Of a DNA stretch of 64,000 bases, positions 14,690 to 29,931 are shown in pieces. The notes under the pieces are model-generated. The model did not search any database and had not been told where the DNA came from. It saw only the letters and a list, made by a program, of their open reading frames with translations. Position numbers and translations under genes: made by a program. The DNA is from the human T2T-CHM13v2.0 reference genome, Homo sapiens: NCBI RefSeq assembly GCF_009914755.1, contig NC_060925.1, one strand, 5' to 3'. The stretch's first letter is position 1; every line of letters begins with the position of its first letter.

Positions 14690-15520
14690 CTTACAACTCA
14701 GTAATAAAATAAGAACAAACAACCCAATTGAAAAATAGGCAACAAATTTGAAAAAATGTTTCTCCAATGAAGATATACAAATAAATACTAAATACAAGAC
14801 AAGATGCTCAACATTATTAGCTAGGGAAATACAAACCAAAACCACAGTGAAATGTCACTTCACACCCACTAGGATGGCTATAATAAAGAAGACACATACT
14901 AACAAATGGTTAGAATGTGGAAAAACATTGAGTTACTGGTGGGAATGTAAACATTATGAGGCCATTTGTAAAAACACTTTGGCAGTTTAAAAAAAGTTAA
15001 ACAGAGTTGCCATATAACCCAGCAACTCCACTCGTAGGTATGTACCCAAAGTAATTGAAAACATATGTCCAAAGAAAAACATGTACATGAGCGTTCACAG
15101 CAGCATTATTCACTATAGCAAAAAACAAACAAACAAAAACCACCTAAGTGTCTATCAACTGACAAATAGGTACATTAAATGTGATATTTCCTTACAATAT
15201 AATATATTTTCAGCAATAAAAAAGTGAGTGAAATATTGGCATTCGCTGTAAAGTGGATGGACCTCAAAACACCATACTAACTGAAAGAAGCCAGACATAA
15301 TGTGCTACATGTTAGATGATTCCATCTATATGAAGTGTCCAGAATAGGTAAATTTATAAATATAAAAAGATTAGTGGTTGCCAGGGGCTGGGGAGAGGAA
15401 CAGCCGGTGGTAGAAATGGAAAGGGTAAGTGAGTATGGAGTTTGTTTTGAGGGTGATAAAAATGTTCTGAAATGACACAGTGATAATGATTGCACAATTC
15501 TGTGACTATACTAAAAAAAC
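11405..15520 (+). mobile_element. Old L1M (L1MB-like) ORF2/3'UTR fragments interrupted by a nested younger L1
   Basis: ORF2-like translations (FYEASITL.PK, IYEKPTAN.ILKGE), many stops, 3'UTR ending ~15520; (CA)n at 14645-14686. Confidence 0.85.
12495..13778 (+). mobile_element. Nested 5'-truncated L1PB/L1MA-like element
   Basis: Jump to ORF2 C-terminal sequence ([21 protein letters not shown]) with its own 3' end at ~13778, after which the host L1 resumes where it broke off. Confidence 0.75.
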
Positions 15521-15529
15521 AGATGAAAG

Positions 15530-17145
15530 AATAAAAAACAAGCTAAATACATGGAGAACTGGCTGGGGACGGTGACTCACACCTGTAATCCCAGCACTTT
15601 GGGTGGCCAAGGCAGGCGGATCACTTGAGGTCAGGAGTTTGAGACCAGCCCGGCCAACATGGTGAAACCCTGTCTCTACTAAAAATACAAAAATTAGCTG
15701 GGGGTGGTGGCGGGTGCCTGTAATCCAAGCTACTCAGGAAGCTGAGGCACGAGAATCGCTTGAACCCAGGAGGTGGAGGTTTGCAGTGGGCCGAGATGGT
15801 GCCACTTCACTCCAACCTGGGTAACAGAGTCAGACCCTGTCTCAAAATAAACAAATAAATAAACAAAATAAATGGAGAGCTCTTCCATATTCATGGATAA
15901 GAAGACAGTATTGTCAAGATGTCGATTCTTCCCAACTTGACCCATATATTCAATGCAATTCTAATAAAAATCCCAGCAAATTATTTTGTGGATTTTTATA
16001 AACTGATTCTAAAGTTTATATGCAGAAGCAAATACTCAGAATAGCCAACACAATATTGAAGTAGAAGAACAAAGTTGGAGGACACTATGTGAGTAAACAA
16101 GACAGTGTGACATTGGCAAAATAATAGAAATATAGATCAATGGAACAGAGTAGAGAGTGCAGAAAGAGACCCACATAAATATAGCCAAAAGACATTTTGC
16201 AAAAGAAAATATACAAATGACAAATAAGCATATGAAAAAATACTCAACATCATACATCATTGGGGAATTGCAAATAAAAACGATAATAATGTACTACCAC
16301 ATACCTATTAGAAAGGCCAACACCAACACCAAATGCTGGCAAGAATGCAGAGCAGTCGAAATTCTTATTCATTATTGGTGGGGAATGCAAAAATGGTAGC
16401 CACACTGGAAGACGAGTATTTCTTACAAACTAAACATACTCTTACTTTACCATCCAGCAACTGGGGCTTCCTGGTATTTCCCCAGAGTTGAAATTTTACA
16501 TTCACACAAAACCCTGCACATGAATGTTTATGGCAGCTTTTTTCATGATGACCAAAATTTGGAAGCAACCAAAATGTCTTTTAGCAGGTAAATGGAAAAA
16601 CAAACTGTGACACATCTACACAATGGAATATTATAAAGTGCTAATAAGAAATGAGCTATCAAGCCATGCAAAGACATGGAGGTACCTTAAATGCATATTA
16701 CTAAGTGAAAGAAGCCCATCTGAAAAGGCTGCATATGGTATCATTCTGACTATATGACACTATGGAATTGGCAAAACAGTGGAAACAGTAAAAGGATCAG
16801 TGGTTGTCAGGGGTTGGAAAGAGGGAGGGATGAACATGTGGCACATGGAGGATTTACATGGCCATGAAACTACTCTATTTGTTACTATAACTGTGGATAC
16901 ATACCATTTTATATTTGTCAAAATCCATAGAATGTACAACACCAAGAGTGAACCTGAATGTAAACTATGGACCTTGGATGATAATGTGTGTCAATGTAGG
17001 TTCATTGATTGTATAAATGTACACTCTGGATTTTGATGCGGGGGAGGCTGTTTGTGTCTCGGGGGCAAGATGTATGTATGAAACCTCTATCATCTGTTCA
17101 ATTTTGTCCTGAACCTAAAACTGCTTTAAAAAAATAAAGTCTACT
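15530..17145 (+). mobile_element. L1MC/L1MD-like 3' fragment
   Basis: 3'UTR signature gtaaactatggacc...gaacctaaaactgctttaaaaaaataaagtcta. Confidence 0.8.
15561..15872 (+). mobile_element. Alu (Sx-like)
   Basis: Dimer with (AAAT)-type tail; imperfect TSD aaata(c/a)atggaga. Confidence 0.93.
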
Positions 17146-17679
17146 TTTTAAAATGTCAATTTCAAAGTCTTAGAGCTAACCAAACAAAATGATATTATCA
17201 GAACCCAGTGCAATATTTGGAACAATTCAGATTCATAGTTGCTTCCAAACTCATAGCAGAAACTCAAGTAGACAAAGAAGAGGGAACCTTTTAGTGTTAG
17301 CCTATCTGGTTTGACAAACATTATATGCCAATTATCTGAGCCTGTGACCTATAACCGTAAAGTCAATTGAGATAAATGTTTACTGTGAAGAGGTTAATCA
17401 TACTGTGTTTAATATGTGGCAAATGGGGGTTGGAAATCACTTAATAACAGGTCTCCTCTCTCAGAGAGCGACACTTGAAATCTTGGTACTTCATTACTAA
17501 ATTTAGAAAGTTACAGGTTGGCAGGTTCAGTTTCCAGTTACTATGGTTTAGTGAAATTATTGGTTTTGATTTCCCACCAGGATAATCAAAATCCATTAAT
17601 TTCCATTTCTCTTTTGAATCCCTCTTTTTTTTCTGGCACTAAAGGGCTGATTTGAGTGTGGGTTCTGTTTATTATATAA

Positions 17680-18008
<329 letters not shown>

Positions 18009-18189
18009 CAATTTTCACACTCTTTTCTATGTGGACATTTCAAGCCCATACCACCGTGACTCATGCCACTGTCTAGTGCTGTAGAACTGCTTAGACCTAT
18101 CAAACCTGCCTCTCAATCAAGAGTTCTTCCTTAGTTTCAACTTAAGAATTGTCTTCAGCAAATATCTAAATTGAAACTGCTTCTAATAT

Positions 18190-19520
18190 TTCTGAGCGAT
18201 AATGGTCTTTTGTTCTTCTTGGGGTTGGCTGAACTTCTGGCATCTGAGAGGTCGATGCCTTTTATCAGTTTTAGAAAATTCTTGAGCTTTGTCTCCTGAA
18301 ATACTGCTCCTCTCTTTCCTCTCTCTTTCAGGGACTGCAATTAATCACTTATTAGACATTTTTACTGTGTTTTTGAGGTCTGTTATGTTCTTTTCCTTTT
18401 TCTCTGTCCTTCAGTTTGGATATTTTCTACAGACCTGTCTTCCAGTTCATGAATCCTGACTTCTGCTGTACTCAGACTGTTGTTAAGCACACCCAAAGGG
18501 TTCTTATTTCCAGTTATTGTAATTTTTTTTTTTTTGAGACAGAGTCTCTGTCTGTTGCCCATGCTGGAATGCAGTGGTGTGATCTTGGCTCACTGCAACA
18601 TCTGCCTCCCAGATTTAAGCAATTATCCTGCTTCAGCTTCCTGAGTAGCTGGGATTACAGGTGCATGCCACCACGCCCAGCTAATTTTTGTATTTTTAGT
18701 AGAGACGGGGATTTCACCATGTTGGTCAGGCTGGTCTCGAACTCCTGAGCTCATGATCCGCCTGCCTCAGTCTCCCAAAGTGCTGGGAATACAGGCGTGA
18801 GCCACCGTGTCCGGCCTGTAATTTTTAGTTTTAGAATATTTGTCCAATAATTGTTTTTACAGATTCCAATTCTATACTGAAGTAAATTACCCATCTTTCA
18901 TCTTTGTCCACCTTTTCTTCTATTTTCTTAAAACTATTAATTATAGTTATTTAAAGTCCTGGCCAATTCTAATATCTAGTTCTGTTTCTATTAACGTTTT
19001 TCTCTTAGTGTTTAGTCATTTGGATTTGATCTTTTGCATGGCTCATAATTATTTTGTATTGGATCCCAGATATTGTATAAGACAAAATTGTAGACTCTGG
19101 ATAATGTTACCTACCTCCATAGAGTTTCTACTTTCTACTCCTGGAAAGTAGAAAGAATAGTGGCAGATAACTTTGATCCTGAAAAGGCTTGGTTTCAAGC
19201 TTTGTTAGATCTATTTTATTTCAGTATTATATTGCTCTTACTCCAAGGATGTGCTGAGATCTCAACTGAAAACCCTGGGTATCTAGGTACCTTATCAAGG
19301 CTTGAAGTCCAACTTCTGTTGGATGCTGAAATCTTCACTTACCTCATTAGACCCTAAACTGCTGTTTTCTGATTTTTTTTTTTTTGGCATCTTTCTTTGT
19401 GCATGCTGAGTGTAGGAACTTAGATCACTATCATGATGGCAATTTGCATAGATTGTTGAGCTCCTCTGCAATTCTCCCCTCTTGGAGTTTGCCCTCAATC
19501 AGAGGCACTTTGGTAGCCCT
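18190..19520 (-). mobile_element. Old L1M fragment (5'/ORF1-like region)
   Basis: T-rich degenerate antisense L1 sequence. Confidence 0.55.
18523..18816 (-). mobile_element. Alu (S family)
   Basis: Dimer; TSD tgtaattttt. Confidence 0.93.
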
Positions 19521-19533
19521 CAACTTTGGCCTT

Positions 19534-19918
19534 TGATATGATTTGGCTCTGTGTTCCCACCCAAATCTCATGCTGTATTGTAATTCCCACTGCTGGGGGA
19601 GAGACCTGGTATTAGGTGATTGGATCATGGGGGCAGATTTCCCCCAGGCTGTTCTCATGATAGTGAGAGTGAGTTCTCATGAGACCTGATGGTTTCAAAG
19701 TGTGTGGCACTTCCCGCCTCACTCTCTTTTTCCTGCTCCACCATGGTAAAACGTGCTTGCTTCCCCTTCACCTTCCACCATGCTTGTAAGTTTCCTGAGG
19801 CCTCCCAGTCATTCTTCCTGTTAAACCTGAAGAACTGTGAGTCAATTAAATCTCTTTTCTTCATAAATTATCCAATCTCAGGTAGTTCTTTATGGCAGTG
19901 TGAGAACAGACTAATACA
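19534..19918 (+). mobile_element. MSTA-like solo LTR (MaLR)
   Basis: TGATATGATTTGGCTCTGTG...GACTAATACA; TSD gcctt/gcctc. Confidence 0.88.
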
Positions 19919-20126
19919 GCCTCTTATTCCTCAGCCCAGAAAAACTGCTGTATTTTTTTTTTGGCTTTTATTGTCTTGCACTTAGTTTTGAGCATTCCCT
20001 CAAGAGAAATATTCCAGGGTAAACACTGAGTTCACCTCATGTGCCTTCTCTCCAGGATCATAGCTTTAAGTTCCGCCTGGTTTAGTTACTCTTCAATGCC
20101 TCCAAAGAATTATAGATATAGATATA

Positions 20127-20482
20127 TAGATACTCCTAGGCTTATGATGGGGTTATATCTCAATAAACCTAAGTTGAAAATATTGTAAGTCAAAAATGCA
20201 CTTAATACACCTAACCTACCAAACATCATAGCTTAACTTACCTTACCTTAAATGTGCTCAGAACACTTATGTTAGCCTACAGTTGGGCAAAATTATCTAA
20301 TGCAAAGCCTATTTTACAATAAAGTGTTGATTATGTAATTTGTTGAATACTGTAGTGAAAATGAAAAATAGAGTGGTTGTATGGGTATTCAAAGTACAGT
20401 TTCTACTGAATGTTTATCACTTTCACACCATCATAAAGGCAAAAAAATTTAAGTCAAACTATTGTAAGTTGGGGACCATCCG
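20127..20482. mobile_element. Tigger7-like MITE
   Basis: gcttatgatggggttatatc...ctaacctaccaaacatcatagc...gtaagttggggaccatc. Confidence 0.8.
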
Positions 20483-20492
20483 TATATGTATA

Positions 20493-20809
20493 AAGTCATG
20501 TATTACTTAATGACAGGGATACATTCTGAGTAATGCATCATCAGACAATTTTATTGTTGTATGAACATTCAGAATATATTTACACAAACCTAGATGGTAT
20601 AGCCTACTACACACCCAGCCTATTGCTCCTTGGCTGGAAACCTGTACAGCATGGTACTGTACTAAATATTGTGGGCAATTTTAACCTAATGGTAGGTATT
20701 TGTACATCTAAACTTGGAAAATGTATAGCAAGTCATATGCAACTGCATATGACCACCAGTTGCATATGCAGTCTGTCTTTGATCAAAACTTGGTTATGCA
20801 TTGCATGAC
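20493..20809. mobile_element. Tigger3-derived MITE
   Basis: agtcatg...acacaaacctagatggtatagcctactacacacc...gcatgact termini. Confidence 0.8.
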
Positions 20810-21842
20810 TATATATATATACACACACACATATAAATATATACAAATATGTAAATATTTATGTATATTTTATCCCACTTTCCCCCTGAAGTGGGAGGTT
20901 TAGTTTGATATATACTACTACATCTTGGCTGGAGTTGGAGGTCTCAGTACTTCATAGCAGTAATGAATGCTGTGGGTTTGCAGTAACTTCACTGAACTGT
21001 TTATCTGCCACAACTACAAAAGATGGCTTATTCTCTTTAAGTTATGGAGCCCTATTCCTTTTAATTTGTGTGTTAGATAAAATCTACCACGTGTCTATGG
21101 GCAAAACCAAAGTCTGAATCTCTAAAATCTAAGGCCATAATCAAAACTAGGTAATTTATCAATCTAGAGTCATATAATGGGGATTCCTCTTCAGCCTGCA
21201 TTTGGATAAACCGCATGAACCCAAGAGTTTAGCCCTACCACTCAAGGCCATTGTTTTTAGTTGTGCAGGCTTCAGTGGGTAAGGTGCTATTTATGTAGGT
21301 TAAATGGCGGTTGAGTGCTCTGCAATGTGGTGGCCTTGATACCACAGGTTTTTTGTTTTTTTTTTTCTTAGATCTGAATTCGTTTGTTGCGGGGAGAAAA
21401 ACTAGGGGCAACTGATCTGGCATTGCCTACCTATGCCTGACATGAAATTCGCCAGGACCTCTGGGAGAATACCTCTAGTTAAGCAATAGGATTAGAAGCC
21501 TGATTGCAGAAAATTAGGAGGTAAAGAATGATTGGGAAGTCAGAAAGTGTGGACATCAAATGAACACAATATATTAAACAAATTGGATGTGAAGGGAAGT
21601 GAGAGATATGGTGATAGGTAGAGAGGGAAGGACTTTGTTTTAAGAGTGAGGAGAGTTAAGCATGTTTGTGGGCTGGGGATGAAGCTAATGGAAAAGGAGA
21701 GGAAGAAGATACAAAACAATAAGAGATAATTAAGAATTTTCTGGTAGAGGTTGTTAGACAAAGAGCCCAGATAAGACAGATTGGACAAAGATAAGGAGAG
21801 GTAAAGATGAAGCTTAAGTTAGGAGGCTTAAAAGAAAGAATG

Positions 21843-22136
21843 GGCCAGGTGAGTGGCTCACGCCTGTAATCCTAGCAATTTGGGAGGCTGAGACGGGAGG
21901 ATCACTTGAGGTCAGCAGTTCGAGACCAGCCTGGCCAACATGGCGAAACCCCATCTCTACTAAAAATACAAAAATTAGCCAGGCGTGGTGGCAGGTGCCT
22001 GTAATCCGAGCTGCTCAGGAGATTGAGGCAGGAGAATCGCTTGAACCCAGGAGGCAGAGCTTGCAGTAGGCCAAGATCGTGCCACTGCACTCCAGCCTGC
22101 TGGGTGATAGAGTGAGAATCCGTCTCAAAAAAAAAA

Positions 22137-22137
<1 letters not shown>
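21843..22137 (+). mobile_element. Alu (Sx-like)
   Basis: Dimer followed by a microsatellite tail. Confidence 0.93.
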
Positions 22138-22206
<69 letters not shown>

Positions 22207-22210
22207 AGAG
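22137..22210. repeat. Compound (ATCT)n(AG)n microsatellite
   Basis: About 12 ATCT units, then an AG run. Confidence 0.95.
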
Positions 22211-22899
22211 TAAAAAAGTAGAATTAATGACTGGATGAGATGGGTAAAAGAGAAATAGGTCCCTGACAAATTCTAGGTTTGGGGATTGAGCAGCTGGGTA
22301 GATAGGGCTGGGGTTAAAACACAGAACTGAGCAACAGATTTGGAAGGATGAGCTGAGATGAATTCAGCTTTGTCTGCATTCAGTCAGTCAACAATAATAG
22401 CTGTTGCCTATGAACCTTGAGATCCACAGTGCCCAACTACAAAGACAAACCTTGCTCCCCCTCCCCTGCTGAACTTATGCTATATGCAATAGTGTTGCAG
22501 AAACATTTTGCTTTGCTGGATACAAAAGCAAACTAGTCTCTGTTTTCAAGGACATATGTAGGATATAAGAACTGGATTTTCAGAATGAATATTTATGGGA
22601 TAATTTATTTAACTGACCAACTTTAAAAAAAGGTTAAAACACTTTCTTGGTTTATGGTGGATACCAAGCTATATATGCTTTACTATGAGTTCATGGAAAA
22701 CTGCAATCAGTCTCAACTGAAAGGAAAATGTAGGTTGTTTGGGAGAAAGTTTTTACAATTGAAAAACTCAAGGGAAAATTGAAAGGAAAAGATTTTAGGA
22801 AAGAGAAAGAAACAGGGAGAGGAAGAAAAGAGGCTAGCCAACAACCTGCAGTAGTGATTCTGAGGAACTAATAGGAGAGGAAAAACTGGATAAATTATA

Positions 22900-23700
22900 A
22901 AAGGATGACTGATACGGGGGCGCGGGGAGGAGGATGAAACCGGGGAAAATATTGAGAGAGACAGAAAGAAAAGGAGAAACTTATCTGAGGTTGGAAATAA
23001 AGAGAAGGTGACATTGGAGCGGATAGAAAGGAAGAAACGGCGTGGGATCTGGGAATGAGGCAGTGGGTGGAGAGAGAATGGGGAGACGACAGAGGATGAA
23101 GGGCAGCTGAGTGTGTCTGCGGGAGAAGGACCAAAGCAATCTGGGCGGAGCAGGTGGCAGAGGCAGCCGCGGAGGAGGCCCAGGGAACTGACGGGGATGC
23201 TCAGCCAGGCCCAGAGGATGCGCCCTGGCAGTCCCGGAAGACACCAGGAAAACAAGCAGGAACCGTAGCTAGGACTGGGGTGGCCAGGCCCAGGAAATCC
23301 ATGAAGGGCACAGACAGCGGGTCCTGCTGCCGCCGCCGATGCGACTTTGGCTGCTGCTGTCGCGCGTCCCGCCGGGCTCACTACACGCCTTACCGGTCCG
23401 GGGACGCGACGCGAACCCCTCAGTCCCCACGGCAGACCCCGAGCCGGGAAAGACGGCGCCCGGAGCCAGCCGGGAGCTGGGCAGCAGCGGCCGAGGAGGA
23501 AGAAGCAGCTGCGGCGGCCACACCCTGGATGAGGTGAGAGCATGGCCAGCTCCTGCCTCTGGAGCCCGGGAGGCTGAGGAACGCGATGGGGGTGGCAACG
23601 CACGGTGCGCTGGGCAGGAGAACCGCGCGGAGGGCTGGGGCCCCGGACTGAAGATCCCGACGCCTGAGAGGGGTTGGCGCTGAGTGACTACTGCTTGGAG
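22900..23700 (+). promoter_or_regulatory. CpG-rich promoter/first-exon region of the distal PDE4DIP isoform
   Basis: Dense CpGs at 23140-23680, preceded by a purine-rich tract from ~22780; surrounds the coding exon. Confidence 0.75.
23301..23533 (+). CDS. PDE4DIP: PDE4DIP (myomegalin) distal alternative first coding exon, 77 codons + 2 nt (MKGTDSGSCCRRRCDFGCCC...AAAAATPWMR), phase-2 donor
   Basis: ATG at 23301. The translation matches the N-terminus I recognise from a long PDE4DIP isoform. Donor AG|GTGAGA at 23533/23534, in a CpG-rich context. Could be a segmental-duplicate copy. Confidence 0.88.
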
Positions 23701-25587
23701 AAGGGTAGGGAGGTAATGGGGCCCGTGGTGGAGGCAGGAGGAGGGACAGTGTTGAGTTGCCCAGAAATAAAGGTGTGCCCCTGGAAGGGTTAAAGCATAG
23801 GAAGCTCTATCTCGAGGTCTTTGAGACACAGACATTTGCTGTGTTGACGGAGGTGAGATTGCAGGCTGTGTCTGTTGGGTTGAGCCAAAGGAGAGATGAA
23901 CACATGACTCAGAAGGCTATACCAGGATGGAAACATCAGAGATGGGCATGAAAGATGAAGGATCGGGAAGTGCACCCGGACGAAAGCACACACTGCCATC
24001 TCTTATAGCTCTTCTTTTCAGGGTTATTTCTCTTAGATACAGATCGCAGGGTGGGGTGGGTGGTGATTCCCTCTTCCTGGGCTATCTCTTTTTCCCCTGC
24101 AGAGCTGGAGCCCTGCCTGATGGCTGGATGGAGGCCATGCAGGACAAGTTCCTTCTAAAATCAATCCTTTGCTTTGGCCTGGAAGACCGAACATATTAGG
24201 CTCAATTTTCTTCGTGTAGCAGCAGTAACATAAAAATCTGTCATACATACGATTTTTGGGAGAAGAGATAGATTGTGCTGCAGGCTTTTTAGAAATAAAC
24301 ATGTCCTCATCACAGCATTTTTAGCTTTTTATCTCATGGAAGGTAGTACTCATAAATCAAACTACCAGGCCTAGTGATTCCAGCCTCTGAGCTAACGGGT
24401 CTGTAAAAAGTTACTTCATTTCTCTAGGCCTCAGTTTCCCATGCATAAAATTGGAATTTGGATTAAAACAGTGCTAATTATAAAACTAAATGTTCATTGG
24501 ATCTGTATTCTATGTTCAGGATAGCTATATTTGTGAACTATGAAATTTAGCCTATTCACTGACAATTTTATTTTTTCATAACACTATCCACTGTTTATGT
24601 CAGAAAACAGACTCACATTCAGTTAATAGAGCTTAAATAAATCACATGTCTTCTAAGGAACCCATAATAAATTACTGCTCCTAAGAAAGAATTAAGCAAA
24701 AAGTATTCATTGTTTGATTTTTTTATAAAGTAAAATTTTTATTGCCTTATACAAATTACTTTTATAGACCTAATTACTTTTTTAAAAAAGCATATCTATG
24801 GGATGTTAATTATTTTATAAAATACTTTGAAATTTTATTTAAAGCTTAGAACAAAAAAATTAATCTGAATGTGTATTTATAATTCCAAGGCTCCTTAATC
24901 ACCTTACGCACACGGGGTGAATTCTTCTTATCTGGAAAGCAGCATTAATCCTGCAGAATTTAAAATGAATTATGACTCCTTATCACAAGAGTATGATTTT
25001 TCTCCCTGTCTTTGGTTAAAAAAAAGTTTATAGGGTTAGAATTTGATCCTCTAAATTGTGGTTTAATTGTGAAAGTAGATAGCAAACATTCATGGTTTCC
25101 TTAATAGTTACTCATCTGACAAACTACACCTATATTCATCTTCGTTGATGTAATGATAAGTCTTGAAATGTTTTTAAAAAATTTCACAATTCCCAAATGA
25201 AACACTTACAGCAACTTGACTGAGGTTAGTGCTACTTTGCCCTTTATTTAAAAATCAATTCCCCAGTTTAGCGTACTTTAAAAAATGTAACAACTTTAGC
25301 TATAGTGTTAGAGGTTTAATGAATGTTAGCGTATTAGAGGTTATACTTGGGGAGTGGTGTTTTTGGTACGATTTTCTAACTCTCAATCAACTAAAAAATG
25401 TAAAAAAGCAGCTTTGCACGTTATCCAAATTCAGTTCAGTTCAGTGTTACTTATTGAGCAATGATGGTGGAGGCCAGCACAAACTGGATACAAAACTACC
25501 CTCAGGTAACTCAGAATCTGTAGTTCTATAATGTGCTTCAGTAACTGGAGTATGGAGTAAGTGCTGTAACAGAAAGATGAACTGTAG

Positions 25588-25589
<2 letters not shown>

Positions 25590-25636
<47 letters not shown>

Positions 25637-25637
25637 C
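25590..25637. repeat. (CT)n microsatellite
   Basis: Read directly from the sequence. Confidence 0.95.
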
Positions 25638-25731
25638 AAGGAAAGCTGACTTCCCTAACAGGCCATAGAAAGTGGCATTATCTTGGAAAATATGTTGAAA
25701 TCTGGTCTTTAACTTGTTAAGTCTGTTTCTT

Positions 25732-26052
25732 TTCTTTTTCTTTCTTTCTTTTTTTTTTTTTTTCAGAGATGGAGTCTCACTGTGTTGCCTAGGTTGGAGT
25801 GAAGTGGTGCAATCATAGCTCCCTGCAGTCTCCAACTCCTGGGCTCAAGGGATCCTCTTGCCTTGGCCTCCCAAGTAGCTGAGATCACAGTTGTGTACCA
25901 CCATTTCCGGCTACTTTTAAAAAATTATTTTGTGTAGAGATGGAGTCTTGCTATGTTGCCTAGGCTGGTCTCAAACTCCTGGCTTCAAGCAATCCTACCA
26001 CCCCACCCTCCCAAAGTGCTGAGACTATAGGCATGAGCCACTGCACCCAGCC
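25732..26052 (-). mobile_element. AluJ
   Basis: TSD aagtctgtttctt. Confidence 0.92.
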
Positions 26053-26657
26053 AAGTCTGTTTCTTAAACTGATAAATCACAGGACTACTATATAAACCCA
26101 GAATAACAAATTACTAATTTATAATGAGAATTTTAACATCTTAGGGAACTAGACTCTCTTTTATGATCCCAGCAAAATATCTCTTGGTATATGTGCCACA
26201 TTTGAGAGCCAAATTACAGCCAAAAGGTTGTTTTTGAAACTTGAATCTAGAGCAAGAGGAATTAATTAGTGGATTCTAAATTTCAAATAATTTGATAGCT
26301 TCAGAGCATCAAGGTGTACACATAGGTTCTTTTTTCCTGGACAGTAAGTGTCCACTGATGATTGTCCTCCCTTCTTAGGTACATCTCTTTTTCTATCTCT
26401 GATATGCTAATATTTTCAGTCAGATTATAATCTGGTTTGGGGATCCTTGTGACTGTTTCAAGTGTCTACATTTATTCTCTAAATCAGTTTATCTTAATTG
26501 TAAAGTTTAAATTCTAAGTGGCAAGCTTATTTTCTTTAAGAAAAAATAATGATGGGGTAGGGAGGTGGGGCTGGGGTACCATATTACAGCCCCTACATGC
26601 TGGCAATATAAACCAGGTGGTTAATGGCACCTCTCTATGGTGCTAAAAGGCAGATGA

Positions 26658-26971
<314 letters not shown>

Positions 26972-27409
26972 AAAAGGCAGATGATCAGAGACGGCTTTAT
27001 ACAGGAGGTGAATTTTTGTCTGGCTTGACAAGATAACAAAGCCAGGTTGAGTGGGAAGAAAATTTTGCCAAAAGAACACAAGCAGATTTATGACAGTGGG
27101 AAGATGCTTTATTGAAGTGAATCCCATGCTGTGATAGAAATTTTCTGTGAGGATTTAATTCAAACTCGATCCTTTTTCAAGTATATAACTATTTAAAAAG
27201 AGAAATTAAGTGAATTGTCAGCTGTTGGCCATCTGCCTCAATGTGTGCTTTTGAAGCCCAGCAGATTGCACATTCTGTGTAGGTGGATAGCTTGAAACCT
27301 GCAGACAACTGTCAGAGGACAATGACTTCAGAGAAGATTCAGTGAATTTCTAACATCAAACTTCAACTACTGTAATATGCTTGTCTAGCCATCTCTTTGT
27401 TGTTGCTGT

Positions 27410-29150
<1,741 letters not shown>

Positions 29151-29880
29151 ATTTTGGTTAATGGTTCTCCGCTAAGGGCAATTGTGCATCACAAGGGACA
29201 TTTGACAGTATCTAGACACAAACAACTAGAGCATCAGAGCCCCTTTGCTGTACCCACAGTCTTGTATTTACAGTCTATACTTCCATTCTTTCAGGAGGTT
29301 TGCTCCCAGAACTGGTGATATAAAGAAGGAAAGTAGCAGTATGAGCACTTTGAGGGCTAAGCAATGGGATAATATCTTTCTAAGGGAACAGTTAAATCAA
29401 CTTCATTTGGTCTTCCATGGACATGAGTTTCAAGTGGCTTTCTGGCCTTTCTTCTGTTGGCCTCTTTGCTATTATGTGAAGACTTCATTTATACTCAATC
29501 TAATTCAGCTACCATGGGCCATATCACCAGTGCCCATTGTGTTCTATGCATCCTAATATTTTCATTAATCTGAAGGGGAGAGGGTTTTAACTTTGAAGGA
29601 TACTCAGGAGGACTTTCTTATGAACTCAGATGGAAAGTGTCCTGAAATTTGTCCTTTTAAAAATATCTGTGCATTTTTTTGTGCTATGACATTCTTACAT
29701 GTATCATTCTGTGATCAAATCTCCAGCTTACTATAAATGATACCTACATTCTAAAGAGCCAATTCTAGTTGTACCAGCATGGCCTTAGAGAAAAGTAAGG
29801 GAATACAATTTGTATTTATCTTCTATTTGGTCGGAGTTAAGTATTTAAAACAGTAAGGTAGATCTCAGATCCACCACCAT

Positions 29881-29883
<3 letters not shown>

Positions 29884-29929
<46 letters not shown>

Positions 29930-29931
29930 AA
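29884..29931. repeat. (AAAT)n microsatellite
   Basis: About 11 units, bracketed by a TSD-like direct repeat. Confidence 0.95.

Noticed and set aside
23154-23537. 127-aa single-exon protein as listed in the ORF track
   Set aside because: The track start is a GTG and its stop (TGA 23535) lies inside the splice donor. The supported unit is the spliced exon 23301-23533.
22713-23603. 296-aa minus-strand ORF and other overlapping ORFs around the distal exon
   Set aside because: They are the antisense shadow of a GC-rich exon and a purine-rich tract. The translation is low-complexity S/F/L/P and starts at a non-ATG codon.
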